A DNA stretch of 64,000 nucleotides. Origin: a bacterium. GTDB taxonomy: Bacteria > Patescibacteriota > CPR2 > UBA1875 > JAJYID01. Below, in pieces: positions 30,178 through 40,377 of the stretch. Under the pieces are notes generated by a model. That model was given only the letters and a program-made list of their open reading frames with translations. It was not told where the DNA came from and searched no databases. Within the stretch, counting starts at the first letter, position 1; every line of letters begins with the position of its first letter. The position numbers and the translations under genes were made by a program. Where the stretch lies: contig JAJYLR010000001.1 of assembly GCA_021787535.1 (NCBI GenBank), positions 556,321 to 620,320 of the forward strand. The letters are read 5' to 3'.

Positions 30178-30558
30178 CTACATTTCCCAGTATGGGATAA
30201 GATCATTCAGCCTAACTTTAAAAGGTCCATTTTCTTTCTTGAGAATCACATAAGGATTTCCAAACTGTCTTATCATTTCCCTACACTTTCCGCAAGGCGG
30301 TAAAATTTGTCCTTCTGAAGTCACGGCTACTATTGTTTCTATTTCTTGGTCGGCCTTTGAGTGCATTTTTCCTATTGCCGCATACTCAGCACACATCGAA
30401 CACGGACTTGAATGTATCTGTTCGATATTGACTCCTGTATAAATTTCGCCGTTAGTTGTCATTAAGGCAGACCCAACAGTAGAAAGATCGCTCTTTCTTT
30501 TTTTTATTAGCTTTTCTGCGATACTCATCAACTCTTTATCTTGATCATTAATTTCCAT
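30178..30558 (-). CDS. cdd: Cytidine deaminase
   Basis: 126 aa; CAEYAAI (zinc/catalytic Glu) and PCGKCRE motifs. Confidence 0.85.
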   Translation of the reverse strand: MEINDQDKELMSIAEKLIKKRKSDLSTVGSALMTTNGEIYTGVNIEQIHSSPCSMCAEYAAIGKMHSKADQEIETIVAVTSEGQILPPCGKCREMIRQFGNPYVILKKENGPFKVRLNDLIPYWEM

Positions 30559-30578
30559 ATTTCGGATTATAGCACAAA

Positions 30579-31232
30579 CTACTGAGACACAAATTTATTG
30601 TCTTTGATTGTAAACCGCCAAAGCTTATCGCGGTAAATGTCGGCATAGTCTATGCCAATGCGTTTTGAGGTTTCGATTTTAAATTTATTAAAGAAAGAGA
30701 TTCCTCCACTCGTCGCTCTGCGAAGTCGGTCGGAATGACAGAGAAAAGGATCCTCAACCCAAACGCGATCTGAATCCGTAATGTCTTCATCGTAGAATGT
30801 TTTATCCAGATTAAGGGCGGCGCACAGTTTACCCGGCCCTTTCATGAAATCTTTGTCCGAGCGAACCCGGCCGAAATTTCTTAAATTTTCTCTGGCAAAT
30901 TCAATTCCGCCAACCGGTTCAAGGGCGCGGATTAAAACTGCCTCCGGCACATGTTCCTTTGCAGTTACAATATTGAAGTTATAGTACATCCCATAAATCA
31001 GATAGATGTAAATATGGCCGGCTGCACCATACATGACTTTGTTGCGCTCGGTTTTGCCATTACGCGCGTGGCAAGCCAGGTCTTCTTCGCCGACATAGGC
31101 TTCAGTCTCGACAATTTTGCCGCTAATAATACCTTGATCGGTTTTTCTGACTAATATTTTACCTAGGAGTTCCGGCGCCACCTCTAGCACCGGCCGCTCA
31201 AAGAATGTTCGATCCAATTTTGAATTTTGCAT
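30579..31232 (-). CDS. DNA-3-methyladenine glycosylase (Mpg/AAG family)
   Basis: VETEAYVGEEDLACHARNGKTERN...YGAAGHIYIYLIYGMYYNFNIV matches the Mpg family. The C-terminus contains an in-frame palindromic repeat. Confidence 0.8.
   Translation of the reverse strand: MQNSKLDRTFFERPVLEVAPELLGKILVRKTDQGIISGKIVETEAYVGEEDLACHARNGKTERNKVMYGAAGHIYIYLIYGMYYNFNIVTAKEHVPEAVLIRALEPVGGIEFARENLRNFGRVRSDKDFMKGPGKLCAALNLDKTFYDEDITDSDRVWVEDPFLCHSDRLRRATSGGISFFNKFKIETSKRIGIDYADIYRDKLWRFTIKDNKFVSQ
30699..30740. repeat. Palindromic repeat gattcctccactcgtcgctctgcgaagtcggtcggaatgaca inside the 3mA-glycosylase coding sequence (in frame)
   Basis: Same family as 25671-25713; translated as LCHSDRLRRATSGGI within the ORF. 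Confidence 0.7.
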
Positions 31233-31248
31233 TTTTAATTTTGAATTG

Positions 31249-32166
31249 TTAAAGATATCTTACCTCTGGTTCCAGTTCAATCCCAAATTTATCGAAAACC
31301 TCTCTTTTAACCTCTTCTGCCAGCTTTTTGATATCATCGGCTGTGGCATTGCCTTTATTTATTAGAAAGTTTGCATGAGTATTTGACACCTCGGCGTCCC
31401 CAATACTCATACCTTTACCTCCTACATCTTCGATTAATTTGCTTGCAGGTATTTTCCCGTTTATTTCCCACTCTAAGATTTTATCCAGAGTTTCTTTAGA
31501 CAAACCATTGACATCCACATTTTTAAAATAACTTCCACAAGATCTGCCTACAGGATGTTTACCGCTTCTCTTTAATAAAATTTCCCTAACCCTATTGCCA
31601 ACATCATGGGGTTTGGATTTTTGAAGAATAATATCGGCCCCAAGAATAATCCCTTGCATCTTTTTAAAACTACTATCCCTATATGAAAAATCGAGATCTT
31701 CCTTGGAAATTTGCCGAATCCCGTTTTTATCCATAAATTCCACTGATTCTATAATATCATCAAGCGACTTTCCCCAAGCTCCGGCATTTCCCAGAATAGC
31801 ACCTCCAAAGCTCCCCGGAATTCCCGCCAGAAACTCCACCCCAGCCAGGCCTTCCTGTACTGTATACTTCATAAGTTCTGCCGTAGAAGTACCGGACTCT
31901 ACGTGAAGATTATCACCAGACCGCCCGATACCTTTAGATCTATTTACAATGACAAGTCCTTTATATCCGCTATCGGAAATCAAGACATTGCTGCCCTTAC
32001 CCAAAATCACATAAAAAATATGTTTTTCTTTTGCAAAATTTAATGCGTCTATCAAATCCTGTCTGCTTTCTGCAATAACTAAGTAGCGAGCTTTACCGCC
32101 GATATAGTATGTATTATATTTTTTGAGATCAATATTATTTTCTGGTTTCAGCATGTTCTGTGCCAT
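31249..32166 (-). CDS. murB: UDP-N-acetylenolpyruvoylglucosamine reductase
   Basis: 305 aa; FAD-binding N-terminal domain (YNTYYIGGKARYL..., GKGSNVL), MurB C-terminal domain. Confidence 0.88.
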   Translation of the reverse strand: MAQNMLKPENNIDLKKYNTYYIGGKARYLVIAESRQDLIDALNFAKEKHIFYVILGKGSNVLISDSGYKGLVIVNRSKGIGRSGDNLHVESGTSTAELMKYTVQEGLAGVEFLAGIPGSFGGAILGNAGAWGKSLDDIIESVEFMDKNGIRQISKEDLDFSYRDSSFKKMQGIILGADIILQKSKPHDVGNRVREILLKRSGKHPVGRSCGSYFKNVDVNGLSKETLDKILEWEINGKIPASKLIEDVGGKGMSIGDAEVSNTHANFLINKGNATADDIKKLAEEVKREVFDKFGIELEPEVRYL

Positions 32167-33088
32167 TCATTTTTGAGAAATACATCTTGCCGGCCGGGGT
32201 CTGTAAAATCCTTGTAATAGTCACATCAAGTTTCTTGCCGACAGATTTTCCGCCTTTTTCGACAACAATCATCGTTCCATCCGGCAAATATCCGACACCT
32301 TGTGTTTTGTCTTTTCCGAGCTGGATAATTTTCAAGTTCAGCTTTTCGCCTGGGATAATGATCGGCTTTATTGCCTCAGAGAGTTCATTGATATTCAAAA
32401 CCCTGACTCCCTGAATTTTTGCAACTTTGTTAAGATTATAATCTGTTGTGAGAATAATGGCATCCTTTTGCTTGGCAAGTTTGACTATCTTCGCATCCAC
32501 TTCCTGAATATCTTTCGCATCCTCGCTAGAGATCTCAAGCCGTACCCCTTTTTCTTTTTTCAGAGTGTCCAGGATTTCAAGACCGCGTTTGCCTTTTTCC
32601 CGTCTTAGGTTATCGCTTGAATCAGCGATGTTCTGGAGTTCATGCAATACAAATCTGAAAAGCAGAAACCTCCCTGTGAGAAATCCGGTTTTTACCACTT
32701 CTAAAAACCTTCCGTCAATGATGGCTGAAGTATCAAGCACTATTTTATTTTTCTCTTTGCTTTTAACAGTTTCTTCGAACTTGGGTATCTTCACCAGTTT
32801 TAAAAGGTCGGTAAAGAACTTTTCTATTCCCTCTGTTTTTGCATAGAAAAGATAAAGCGATGCAACGACACAGATAGTCGTTACTGTCACCGGAACCCAA
32901 ATGCCAAAGTCGCCCGGCAGTTTTTGGAATGGTAAGGAGATTAGTGCTCCTATAATAAGTCCTATGATAATTGCTGGTATGCCGATAAAAATCCTCTTTG
33001 CCGGCATGGAAACAAAAATTCTTGTGGCAAAAATGCCTCCAAAAACTAAGGCGAGAAGAACCAAAAGCAAAACCGTGTTTGCTGCCAT
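32135..33088 (-). CDS. PIN/TRAM domain membrane protein (YacL-like)
   Basis: N-terminal TM helices, PIN domain (IVLDTSAIIDGR...), C-terminal TRAM-like domain. Conserved position downstream of radA. Confidence 0.7.
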   Translation of the reverse strand: MAANTVLLLVLLALVFGGIFATRIFVSMPAKRIFIGIPAIIIGLIIGALISLPFQKLPGDFGIWVPVTVTTICVVASLYLFYAKTEGIEKFFTDLLKLVKIPKFEETVKSKEKNKIVLDTSAIIDGRFLEVVKTGFLTGRFLLFRFVLHELQNIADSSDNLRREKGKRGLEILDTLKKEKGVRLEISSEDAKDIQEVDAKIVKLAKQKDAIILTTDYNLNKVAKIQGVRVLNINELSEAIKPIIIPGEKLNLKIIQLGKDKTQGVGYLPDGTMIVVEKGGKSVGKKLDVTITRILQTPAGKMYFSKMNGTEHAETRK

Positions 33089-33116
33089 TTGATTAATCCT
33101 TTTTATTTATAAGGTG

Positions 33117-34457
33117 CTACTCAAGCGCTGCTTTAATGGCTTCTTTAACGTTCGCTGCTTTTATAATTTTAATCTTGTTTGAGGTGAGTTTCGTATTTTT
33201 CGGTATAATGACCGCCTTGAAGCCGAGTTTTGCTACTTCCTTGATCCGCGCTTCTATATTATCCACATTTCTTACCTCTCCTGCAAGACCTATTTCTCCA
33301 AAGACAGCCATATCTTTTTTTACCGGCTTGTTTTTATAGGCAGAGGCCACAGCGAGCGCTACCGCCAGATCCAGAGCCGGCTCTCTGATATTCAAGCCGC
33401 CGACAATATTGATAAAAACGTCCTGATTTGTCAGGTTAAGCCCTGCTCTTTTGGTCAGAACGGCAATTAGAAGCTGCAAACGGTTTAAATCCATCCCGCT
33501 AGCCGTTCTTTTGGGGTAACCAAAATTTGTTATAGAAGTAAGTGCCTGTATTTCAACGAGGAGCGGTCTAGTACCTTCCATTGTCGGAAATATCACGGTA
33601 CCTGACGCCGATTCTTCTCTCTCAGACAAAAGAATCTTTGACGGGTTCTCCACTTCGCGCATTCCGTCTTTTGCCATCTCATATATACCGGTTTCGTTCG
33701 TGGAGCCGAAACGGTTTTTCATACCCCTCAAGATTCGAAAACCACCGTAACGGTTGCCTTCTAAATATAAGACAACGTCTACCAAATGCTCTAGCAGTCT
33801 GGGGCCGGCCAAGTTTCCTTCCTTGGTCACATGGCCGATGATAATAATAGCGATATGTTCGCTCTTTGCGGTTTCCATAAGCTTCTGAGCACAAACAGAT
33901 ACTTGTGAAACACTGCCGGCATTTCCCGGTATATCCTCGGAGTAAATCGTTTGAATAGAGTCGACAACTGCCACCTTCGGTTTCTCTGCCTTAATCTCCG
34001 CAATAATGGTCTCCACATTTGTTTCAGAAATCAAATATAACATCTCTGATGTAATCTGCAGTCTGGATGCCCTCATCCCAACTTGCCGTACCGACTCCTC
34101 TCCGCTTATATAAAGAACTTTTGCTTTATCGGCAATCCTGCCCGATATTTGCAAAATCAAAGTTGACTTTCCTATCCCCGGATCTCCACCAACGAGCACA
34201 AGCGAACCCGGCACTATTCCCGAACCGACTACTCGGTCAAACTCTGAAATCCCGCTGGCAAGACGCAAAAGATTTTCTTCTTTGGCATGTTTAATTGATT
34301 GGGCCTTTACAGTATGCTGCACTGTGTTTGAGCGGGATTTGGCGACCTGAGTTTCCGTCAGAGTATTCCATTCCCCGCAATTTGAACATTTCCCCTGCCA
34401 ACGCTCGAAAGCCGCCCCGCAAGCCGAACAAATAAACTGTGATTTAATCTTCGCCAT
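33117..34457 (-). CDS. radA: DNA repair protein RadA/Sms
   Basis: Zinc finger CSACGAAFERWQGKCSNCGEWNTL, Walker A GDPGIGKST, KNRFG motif, Lon-like C-terminal domain. Confidence 0.93.
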   Translation of the reverse strand: MAKIKSQFICSACGAAFERWQGKCSNCGEWNTLTETQVAKSRSNTVQHTVKAQSIKHAKEENLLRLASGISEFDRVVGSGIVPGSLVLVGGDPGIGKSTLILQISGRIADKAKVLYISGEESVRQVGMRASRLQITSEMLYLISETNVETIIAEIKAEKPKVAVVDSIQTIYSEDIPGNAGSVSQVSVCAQKLMETAKSEHIAIIIIGHVTKEGNLAGPRLLEHLVDVVLYLEGNRYGGFRILRGMKNRFGSTNETGIYEMAKDGMREVENPSKILLSEREESASGTVIFPTMEGTRPLLVEIQALTSITNFGYPKRTASGMDLNRLQLLIAVLTKRAGLNLTNQDVFINIVGGLNIREPALDLAVALAVASAYKNKPVKKDMAVFGEIGLAGEVRNVDNIEARIKEVAKLGFKAVIIPKNTKLTSNKIKIIKAANVKEAIKAALE

Positions 34458-34460
34458 ATC

Positions 34461-35033
34461 TTATTCTACCTCTATATCTAAGTGTGACAAAAGCCCTATC
34501 ACTTGCGGAAATGTAAACCTTGCTCTTTTAATATTATTAAGATTTGGATTAATTTGATAATTACTTGCATGAGATAGATTAGCACCAGTTATTTTCGTAT
34601 TTGAAAAAATGCTTTCAGAAAAATCAGTACCAGTGAGAGAAGATTCTGACAAATCAGTATCTGTGAAATCACAATCCCTCGCTTCGCAATTTTCGATCTT
34701 AATTTTTTTCCAATTTAACCCCGAAAATATCGAATGATTAAGTTTGCATTCCTTAAAACTGATATCCAAAAACATTTTTGAACTTTTTGTCCAATCAATG
34801 CCAACCAGTTTTGAAGACTGAAATACCACATCCGTAAAACGACAGTTCATTAGCTTACTTAAGCTAAAATCACAATTCTTAAAAAGACAATCTTCAAAAC
34901 TGGTTTCGTTAAAAACTAATTCATTAAAATAACAATTAGAAAACTGACATTTTATAAAAGCTTTATTTTTGAGTGTTTGATCTTTAAATGAGATTTTGTG
35001 AAAGTTTTCTTTTTCAGATATTTCCATGTCCAT
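34461..35033 (-). CDS. Pentapeptide repeat protein
   Basis: 190 aa dominated by A(D/N)LxX-type pentapeptide repeats (CQFSNCYFNELVFNETSFEDCLFKNCDFSLSKL...). It sits 3 nt upstream of radA on the same strand. Confidence 0.75.
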   Translation of the reverse strand: MDMEISEKENFHKISFKDQTLKNKAFIKCQFSNCYFNELVFNETSFEDCLFKNCDFSLSKLMNCRFTDVVFQSSKLVGIDWTKSSKMFLDISFKECKLNHSIFSGLNWKKIKIENCEARDCDFTDTDLSESSLTGTDFSESIFSNTKITGANLSHASNYQINPNLNNIKRARFTFPQVIGLLSHLDIEVE

Positions 35034-35078
35034 ATCTCAAGAATACGAAATACAGAGAATGAAAACAAGTAGACAAAA

Positions 35079-35351
35079 CTAGTTTTTTGCCGGAACTTTT
35101 CGGTATTTATATATAAGAGCAATATTTGAACCAACAACTAACATTGAGAGGCCATTTGTAAGAATCAGCGGCAAATCTTTGATATGAAAACCATAATAAA
35201 GCCAAAGAACTTCTGCGATTATCAGGATGAAGAACATTCCTAAAGACAAATCCTCAACTTCTTTTGTTTTTGTTATCTTAATTAGTTGAGGCAGAGTTGT
35301 AAAAATAATCATAGCTCCGGCAACCATTGCAATTGTTTGATATATATCCAT
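35079..35351 (-). CDS. SemiSWEET / PQ-loop family small transporter
   Basis: 90 aa, 3 TM, with a PQ motif (TTLPQLIKITKTK) typical of SemiSWEET. Confidence 0.65.
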   Translation of the reverse strand: MDIYQTIAMVAGAMIIFTTLPQLIKITKTKEVEDLSLGMFFILIIAEVLWLYYGFHIKDLPLILTNGLSMLVVGSNIALIYKYRKVPAKN

Positions 35352-35421
35352 AAAGATATCCTACCACATAAAAAGCCTTCTTTCGAAGACTTTTTATTGT
35401 TTAATCCCTATACCTAATACT

Positions 35422-37956
35422 CTATACTGTCCTTGCCTTGCCTCGGCCGGTTTTTACTTCAAGCACATAAAACTGAAGCGAGTCTTCCATTTTCATAACA
35501 GAGATCAGATCGCCTTCTTTGAATTTGCCGGAAAGCATGCCTTCGGCAAGCGGAGATTCTACATAGTTTTCTATAGCCCGCCTCATCGGCCTTGCGCCAT
35601 TTTCGACATCATAGCCCTTTTCCATCAGAAATTTCTTGGCGCTTTCGGAAACTTTGATTACGATATTTTTCTCTTTCAATCTGTCCCCGAGTTCCTTCAG
35701 TTGAAGATTGACAATTTGTTTGACATCCTTTTTTGACAGGGCTTTGAAAACTACAATTTTATCGATACGGTTAATAAACTCCGGCCTGAACTTCGTCTTT
35801 ACTATGTCCAGTACTTCTTCGCTGATTTTCTTATGCAGCATTTCAAGCTCTTTCTCCTCAGTCCCGCTTACGGCGTTAAACCCAAGTTTTGCGGTCCTAA
35901 ACATTTTCTCAGCCCCGACATTTGAGGTCATGATAATGATGGTATTTTTAAAGTCAACCTTTAACCCTTTGGCATCGGAAAGATAGCCGTCTTCCATGAT
36001 CTGCAGGAACATGTTGAAGACATCCGGATGGGCTTTTTCTATTTCATCAAGCAAAATGACTGAATACGGCTTGCGCCTGACGATTTCCGTCAGCTGGCCG
36101 GCTTCCTCATAACCGACATAACCGGCCGGCGCGCCGATCAGCCGGGCTACATTATGCTTTTCCATAAATTCGCTCATATCCAGTTTTATGAGCATATCCT
36201 CGGAGTTAAACATTTCCGCTGCCAGAGCTTTCGCCAGTTCGGTCTTTCCTACACCGGTAGGACCTAAGAAAATGAATGTGCCGATCGGTTTTTTCTCATT
36301 TGATATGCCGGTTCTGGCCCGCCTGATAGCTGCCGCTACTTCATGAATCGCCTCATCCTGACCGATAATTCGTTTTTTTAGATTTCTTTCCATATTCAGA
36401 AGACTTTCACTCTCTTTTTTGACTAACCGGGTAATAGGAATGCCGGTCGTGATTGCTACAACTTCTGCAATATTTTCTGAGGTAATCTCCGGTTCCTGAT
36501 ATTCTTTGGTAATCTTCTTCAGATTGCGAATCTTTGCCTCCAGAAGCTCTTCTTTCTGCTTATACTCAGCCGCTATGATATATTTCGCCCCGATAACCGC
36601 GTCTTCTTTTTTGCCCACCACGTTTTTCAGCTCTTTTTCGAGTTCTTTCAGAGTTTTGGAAGGATTTTTGCCGGTTTTGATTTTTAAAAGACTGGCCGCT
36701 TCATCTATTAGATCAATAGCTTTATCCGGCAAAAACCTGTCTGAGATGTAGCGTTTAGAAAGTTTCACGGCTGATTCAAGCGCCTCATCGCTAATTTTGA
36801 CCTTATGATAATCTTCGTAACTATTTCTGATGCCTTTCAAAATCTGCAAAGTTTCTTCGGGAGTCGGTTCGGTCAGAGTCACCGGCTGAAAGCGCCTCTC
36901 AAGAGCGGCATCTTTTTCGATGTACTTTCTGTAGTCATCAAATGTAGTTGCGCCGATCACCTGAATTTCTCCCCGCGACAGCGCCGGCTTTAAAATATTT
37001 GCCGCATCTATTGCCCCTTCGGCCGCACCGGCGCCAACAATGGTATGGATTTCATCGATGAAAAGAACTATTTCCTTGTTGGTTTTTAAATTCTCAACAA
37101 TTTTCTTCAGCCGTTCTTCGAACTCGCCCCGATACTTAGTCCCCGCAATGACGCTTGCCATATCCAGCATTAAGATTTTTTTGCCGATAAGCTGTTCCGG
37201 AACTTTTTCTGCAATAATTCTTTGAGCGAGGCCTTCAACTAACGCCGTTTTGCCTACTCCCGGTTCACCGATAAGCACCGGGTTGTTTTTAGTTCTGCGG
37301 TTTAGAATGGAGATCACCCGGGAAATTTCTTTTTCCCTGCCGACTATGGGATCAAATTCTTTATTCCTTGCTTTTTCTGTAAAATCAACGCTGTAAGATT
37401 CTAGAGCTTTGTCCCCATTTGCGCTTTGCCTGCCCATATACCCTCTGCTCGGCCCATTCATCGGCTGATCAACTGTAAAATCTTCACCATAAGCCGCCAT
37501 GTTCTCACCCGAGGCCCGTTCCAGAAATCTATCCAGTTCACTTGATAAGGCCACTACTCCTACACTGCTTTTTTTCAACGCTTCGTAGGCCTTTGATCTT
37601 TTATCCATCAGAAGCGCCCTTAAAATATGCTCGGTGCCGATGTAGTTGGACTGATAATTCTTACCGAGACCCATAGCCACTTCTAAGGAATTTTTTGCGG
37701 TTTCAGTTAAGGTAGCTAAAGTACTTTGCGTTTGGATCTCATTGCCAATATGGCCCATTGAGAATTTCTCTTTTTCACCCAGAAAGCCCTGGCTTTTCAA
37801 AAGGCGCGAACCGACTGAGTCGCTCACAAGGAAAATTCCCAGCAAAATATCATCGGTATCAATGTCTGACTTTTTTGCCTTTGCTATCTCCTGAGCATTC
37901 AGCAAACTTTGTTTAGCATTGCTTGTAAATCTCGCAAAAAGATTGAATTTTTCCAT
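35422..37956 (-). CDS. clpC: ATP-dependent Clp protease ATP-binding subunit ClpC-like (two AAA+ modules)
   Basis: Clp_N repeats, Walker A GEPGVGKT and [11 protein letters not shown]+ sensor motifs. Start assigned to MEKFNLF (SD AAGGGGGA). Confidence 0.9.
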   Translation of the reverse strand: MEKFNLFARFTSNAKQSLLNAQEIAKAKKSDIDTDDILLGIFLVSDSVGSRLLKSQGFLGEKEKFSMGHIGNEIQTQSTLATLTETAKNSLEVAMGLGKNYQSNYIGTEHILRALLMDKRSKAYEALKKSSVGVVALSSELDRFLERASGENMAAYGEDFTVDQPMNGPSRGYMGRQSANGDKALESYSVDFTEKARNKEFDPIVGREKEISRVISILNRRTKNNPVLIGEPGVGKTALVEGLAQRIIAEKVPEQLIGKKILMLDMASVIAGTKYRGEFEERLKKIVENLKTNKEIVLFIDEIHTIVGAGAAEGAIDAANILKPALSRGEIQVIGATTFDDYRKYIEKDAALERRFQPVTLTEPTPEETLQILKGIRNSYEDYHKVKISDEALESAVKLSKRYISDRFLPDKAIDLIDEAASLLKIKTGKNPSKTLKELEKELKNVVGKKEDAVIGAKYIIAAEYKQKEELLEAKIRNLKKITKEYQEPEITSENIAEVVAITTGIPITRLVKKESESLLNMERNLKKRIIGQDEAIHEVAAAIRRARTGISNEKKPIGTFIFLGPTGVGKTELAKALAAEMFNSEDMLIKLDMSEFMEKHNVARLIGAPAGYVGYEEAGQLTEIVRRKPYSVILLDEIEKAHPDVFNMFLQIMEDGYLSDAKGLKVDFKNTIIIMTSNVGAEKMFRTAKLGFNAVSGTEEKELEMLHKKISEEVLDIVKTKFRPEFINRIDKIVVFKALSKKDVKQIVNLQLKELGDRLKEKNIVIKVSESAKKFLMEKGYDVENGARPMRRAIENYVESPLAEGMLSGKFKEGDLISVMKMEDSLQFYVLEVKTGRGKARTV

Positions 37957-38018
37957 TTGTCCCCCTTTCTTACTTATGAAGCCCATATCAACTTCAAAAG
38001 AATTTTAAAATCCTGCAA

Positions 38019-39506
38019 TTATTTATTTTCACTCGATGACTCTTGTTTTTCTTCTTGGCCTAATACATCTTCAACGCTCTGCTCATCTGCTTCTTCTGTA
38101 TTCTCAATTTCCTTTTCTTTTTTTTCGCCATCGATAGGTTCACGGACATCTTTTACAATCTTAGATGGTTCTTCTGTGTTTTCCTGAGCAGGATTCTCTG
38201 TCTTTTCGGACGGCTCAGCTTGTTCATTTTTTGGTTTTTCAGCCGCTTCCTTATCCTCTTCCTCCTGTTTGTCCGGCGCAGCTTCTTTATTATCAGAATT
38301 TTCAATAGATGTTGCAGAGACAGTTTCTCCTTCCTTGCTTTGTTGTTCATCCGCTTTATCCTCTGGCTTTTCCTCATCACCTTGAGAAGCAATATTCTTG
38401 ATAATCTCATCTTCGAGATCAGCTGCTCTCTTCGGTTTTACTTCCTCGGCTGCTGCCTGAACACCTTCTACCCCGGACTCATCTGCGCCGGCAATGTCAA
38501 CATTCCAACCGGTTAGTTTAGCTGCCAGCCGAACATTCTGGCCTTTTTTGCCGATAGCAAGCGAAAGCTGGTCTTCAGGTACTTTGACGATTGCTTTCTT
38601 TTCTTTTTCGTCGATCTGAACATCCACAACTTTCGCCGGCGATAAAGCGTTTATGATATAAGTTTGAATATCCGGATCCCAGAGGATAATATCTATCTTT
38701 TCATCGCCTATCTCACTCATAACCGACTGGACTCTGCTTCCGCGCTGGCCAACGAGCGCACCGACCGGATCCAAACCTTCCTGATCGGTACTGACGGCAA
38801 TTTTAGTTCTCTCTCCGCCTTCTCTGGCAATGGATTTAATTTCAATAGTTCCGGCTAGGATTTCAGGCACTTCCATTTCAAAAAGTTTTCTAATCATATC
38901 CGGGTTTGATCTGGAAAGCACTATTTGCGGTCCACGCGCAGCGCTTTCGACTCTGAGAACAAAGACTTTAAACCTCTGTCCGGTGTAATAATGTTCGCCG
39001 GACATTTGCTCTGATTTATACAAAACTCCGGTAGCTTTCCCAAGATCTACGATCACAGTATCACCCTCAACTCTCTGGACTACACTATTAACTAGCTCGC
39101 CTTCTTTGTCTTTAAATTCTTCAAAAACCATATCACGCTCAGCTTCACGGATTCTTTGAATAATGACTTGTTTGGCGGTCTGGGCAGCTATCCGTCCAAA
39201 GTCTGCCGGAACATCCAAAATCTCAACGGTATCGCCTGCTTTAGCGCCTTTTTTGATTTTGTTTGCGTCAACCACGTTTATCTGAGTGAATCTGTCTTCT
39301 ACTGTATCAACGACTTCTTTAATAACGTAAACTTTAATGGCTCCGCTATCTTCCTCTATCTCAACTTTAACTTCCTGATCTTTCGAGCCGTAATCTTTTT
39401 TATAGGCGCTAGCCAAGGCCGCCTTGACTGTTTCCATGACAACATCGCGAGAAAGGTTTTTCTCGTCGCATATTTGATCTATTGCCGCTGTAAATTTTGT
39501 TTGCAT
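38019..39506 (-). CDS. nusA: Transcription termination/antitermination factor NusA with long acidic low-complexity C-terminal tail
   Basis: N-terminal domain, S1 and tandem KH (GxxG) motifs; about 150-aa E/K/D-rich tail. Start assigned to [12 protein letters not shown] (SD GGAGA). Confidence 0.9.
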   Translation of the reverse strand: MQTKFTAAIDQICDEKNLSRDVVMETVKAALASAYKKDYGSKDQEVKVEIEEDSGAIKVYVIKEVVDTVEDRFTQINVVDANKIKKGAKAGDTVEILDVPADFGRIAAQTAKQVIIQRIREAERDMVFEEFKDKEGELVNSVVQRVEGDTVIVDLGKATGVLYKSEQMSGEHYYTGQRFKVFVLRVESAARGPQIVLSRSNPDMIRKLFEMEVPEILAGTIEIKSIAREGGERTKIAVSTDQEGLDPVGALVGQRGSRVQSVMSEIGDEKIDIILWDPDIQTYIINALSPAKVVDVQIDEKEKKAIVKVPEDQLSLAIGKKGQNVRLAAKLTGWNVDIAGADESGVEGVQAAAEEVKPKRAADLEDEIIKNIASQGDEEKPEDKADEQQSKEGETVSATSIENSDNKEAAPDKQEEEDKEAAEKPKNEQAEPSEKTENPAQENTEEPSKIVKDVREPIDGEKKEKEIENTEEADEQSVEDVLGQEEKQESSSENK

Positions 39507-39789
39507 TTTTTCTCCATCCCCATTTCCGGTATTTATAATAACCGGTTTCATATTTAGTTGTTATTTAATTGTTTAATTATACTAATGTATCCGCTTTAAA
39601 ATTACTCTGTATAGATACCTGATTCAACTGACATTTCACCAAAAAACAAGCTCATTTTTGCATATCAAGACTATAAAAGCCGGAAAACTTCCGACCTGTT
39701 AGTATTATAGATGAGACAAATATGAATGTCAAGCTGGAATCTCATAACCCAAAATCTCCATAACTAAAAGAAGCGGTAAAGTCCTAATC

Positions 39790-39895
39790 AGCAATTTCCA
39801 ATTCCCATTCAATATCCAATGTTTTAATTTTAGATTTTTTAAATTTAGATTTGATTGGAAATTAGATATTGGTAATTGGTAATTGAAATTACCAC
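39790..39895. repeat. AT-rich inverted array of CCAAT / ATTGG pentamers upstream of nusA
   Basis: Left half ccaattcccattcaatatccaat, right half ttgattggaaattagatattggtaattggtaattg. Similar arrays occur at 25535, 51037 and 55076. Confidence 0.5.
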
Positions 39896-40344
39896 TTTCC
39901 ATGCTCAACTTTTCCGGAATTAAGCGTATTAAGCCGCCTTTTTGTCGCCGGCGAGACATTTTCAGGTAAGCTGTTTAAAGGGAAAAAAGAAAACCGATCA
40001 ATTTCAGGGCTATCCGGCCTTTTACTCAGCCGAAAATCATCAATATAAAAAAGCGATATGTGGTCGTTTTTGAATTCGGTTTTGTTTTCGTACTCGCCGA
40101 TCAGGTGGCACTTCAAAACCTCTATTCCCGTCTCTTCTTTCAGTTCACGCTTTACAGTTTCCTCCGCTGTCTCTCCTCTTTTAATGCCGCCGCCGGGAAT
40201 CGTAAACTGCCTGGAATAGGTAGTTTTGACAAGCAGAATTTTCCCATCGTCAATTAGAAGACCTTTGGCGCCAAATGTACTAGGGCGAAAGATAAACCAA
40301 TATATCTTCCTCAAAAACCCGGCAACTTTATAAACGGTTTTCAT
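39889..40344 (-). CDS. Nudix hydrolase
   Basis: Nudix box GGGIKRGETAEETVKRELKEETGI. Confidence 0.8.
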   Translation of the reverse strand: MKTVYKVAGFLRKIYWFIFRPSTFGAKGLLIDDGKILLVKTTYSRQFTIPGGGIKRGETAEETVKRELKEETGIEVLKCHLIGEYENKTEFKNDHISLFYIDDFRLSKRPDSPEIDRFSFFPLNSLPENVSPATKRRLNTLNSGKVEHGKW

Positions 40345-40377
40345 AGTTACTAATTATTCAAAGTAATGCTTAATAGC

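Noticed and set aside
39729-39959. 76-aa minus-strand ORF in the nusA upstream CCAAT array
   Set aside because: It translates the AT-rich repeat array itself (NLKNLKLKHWILNGNWKL...) and overlaps the Nudix gene end, so it is most likely non-coding regulatory DNA.
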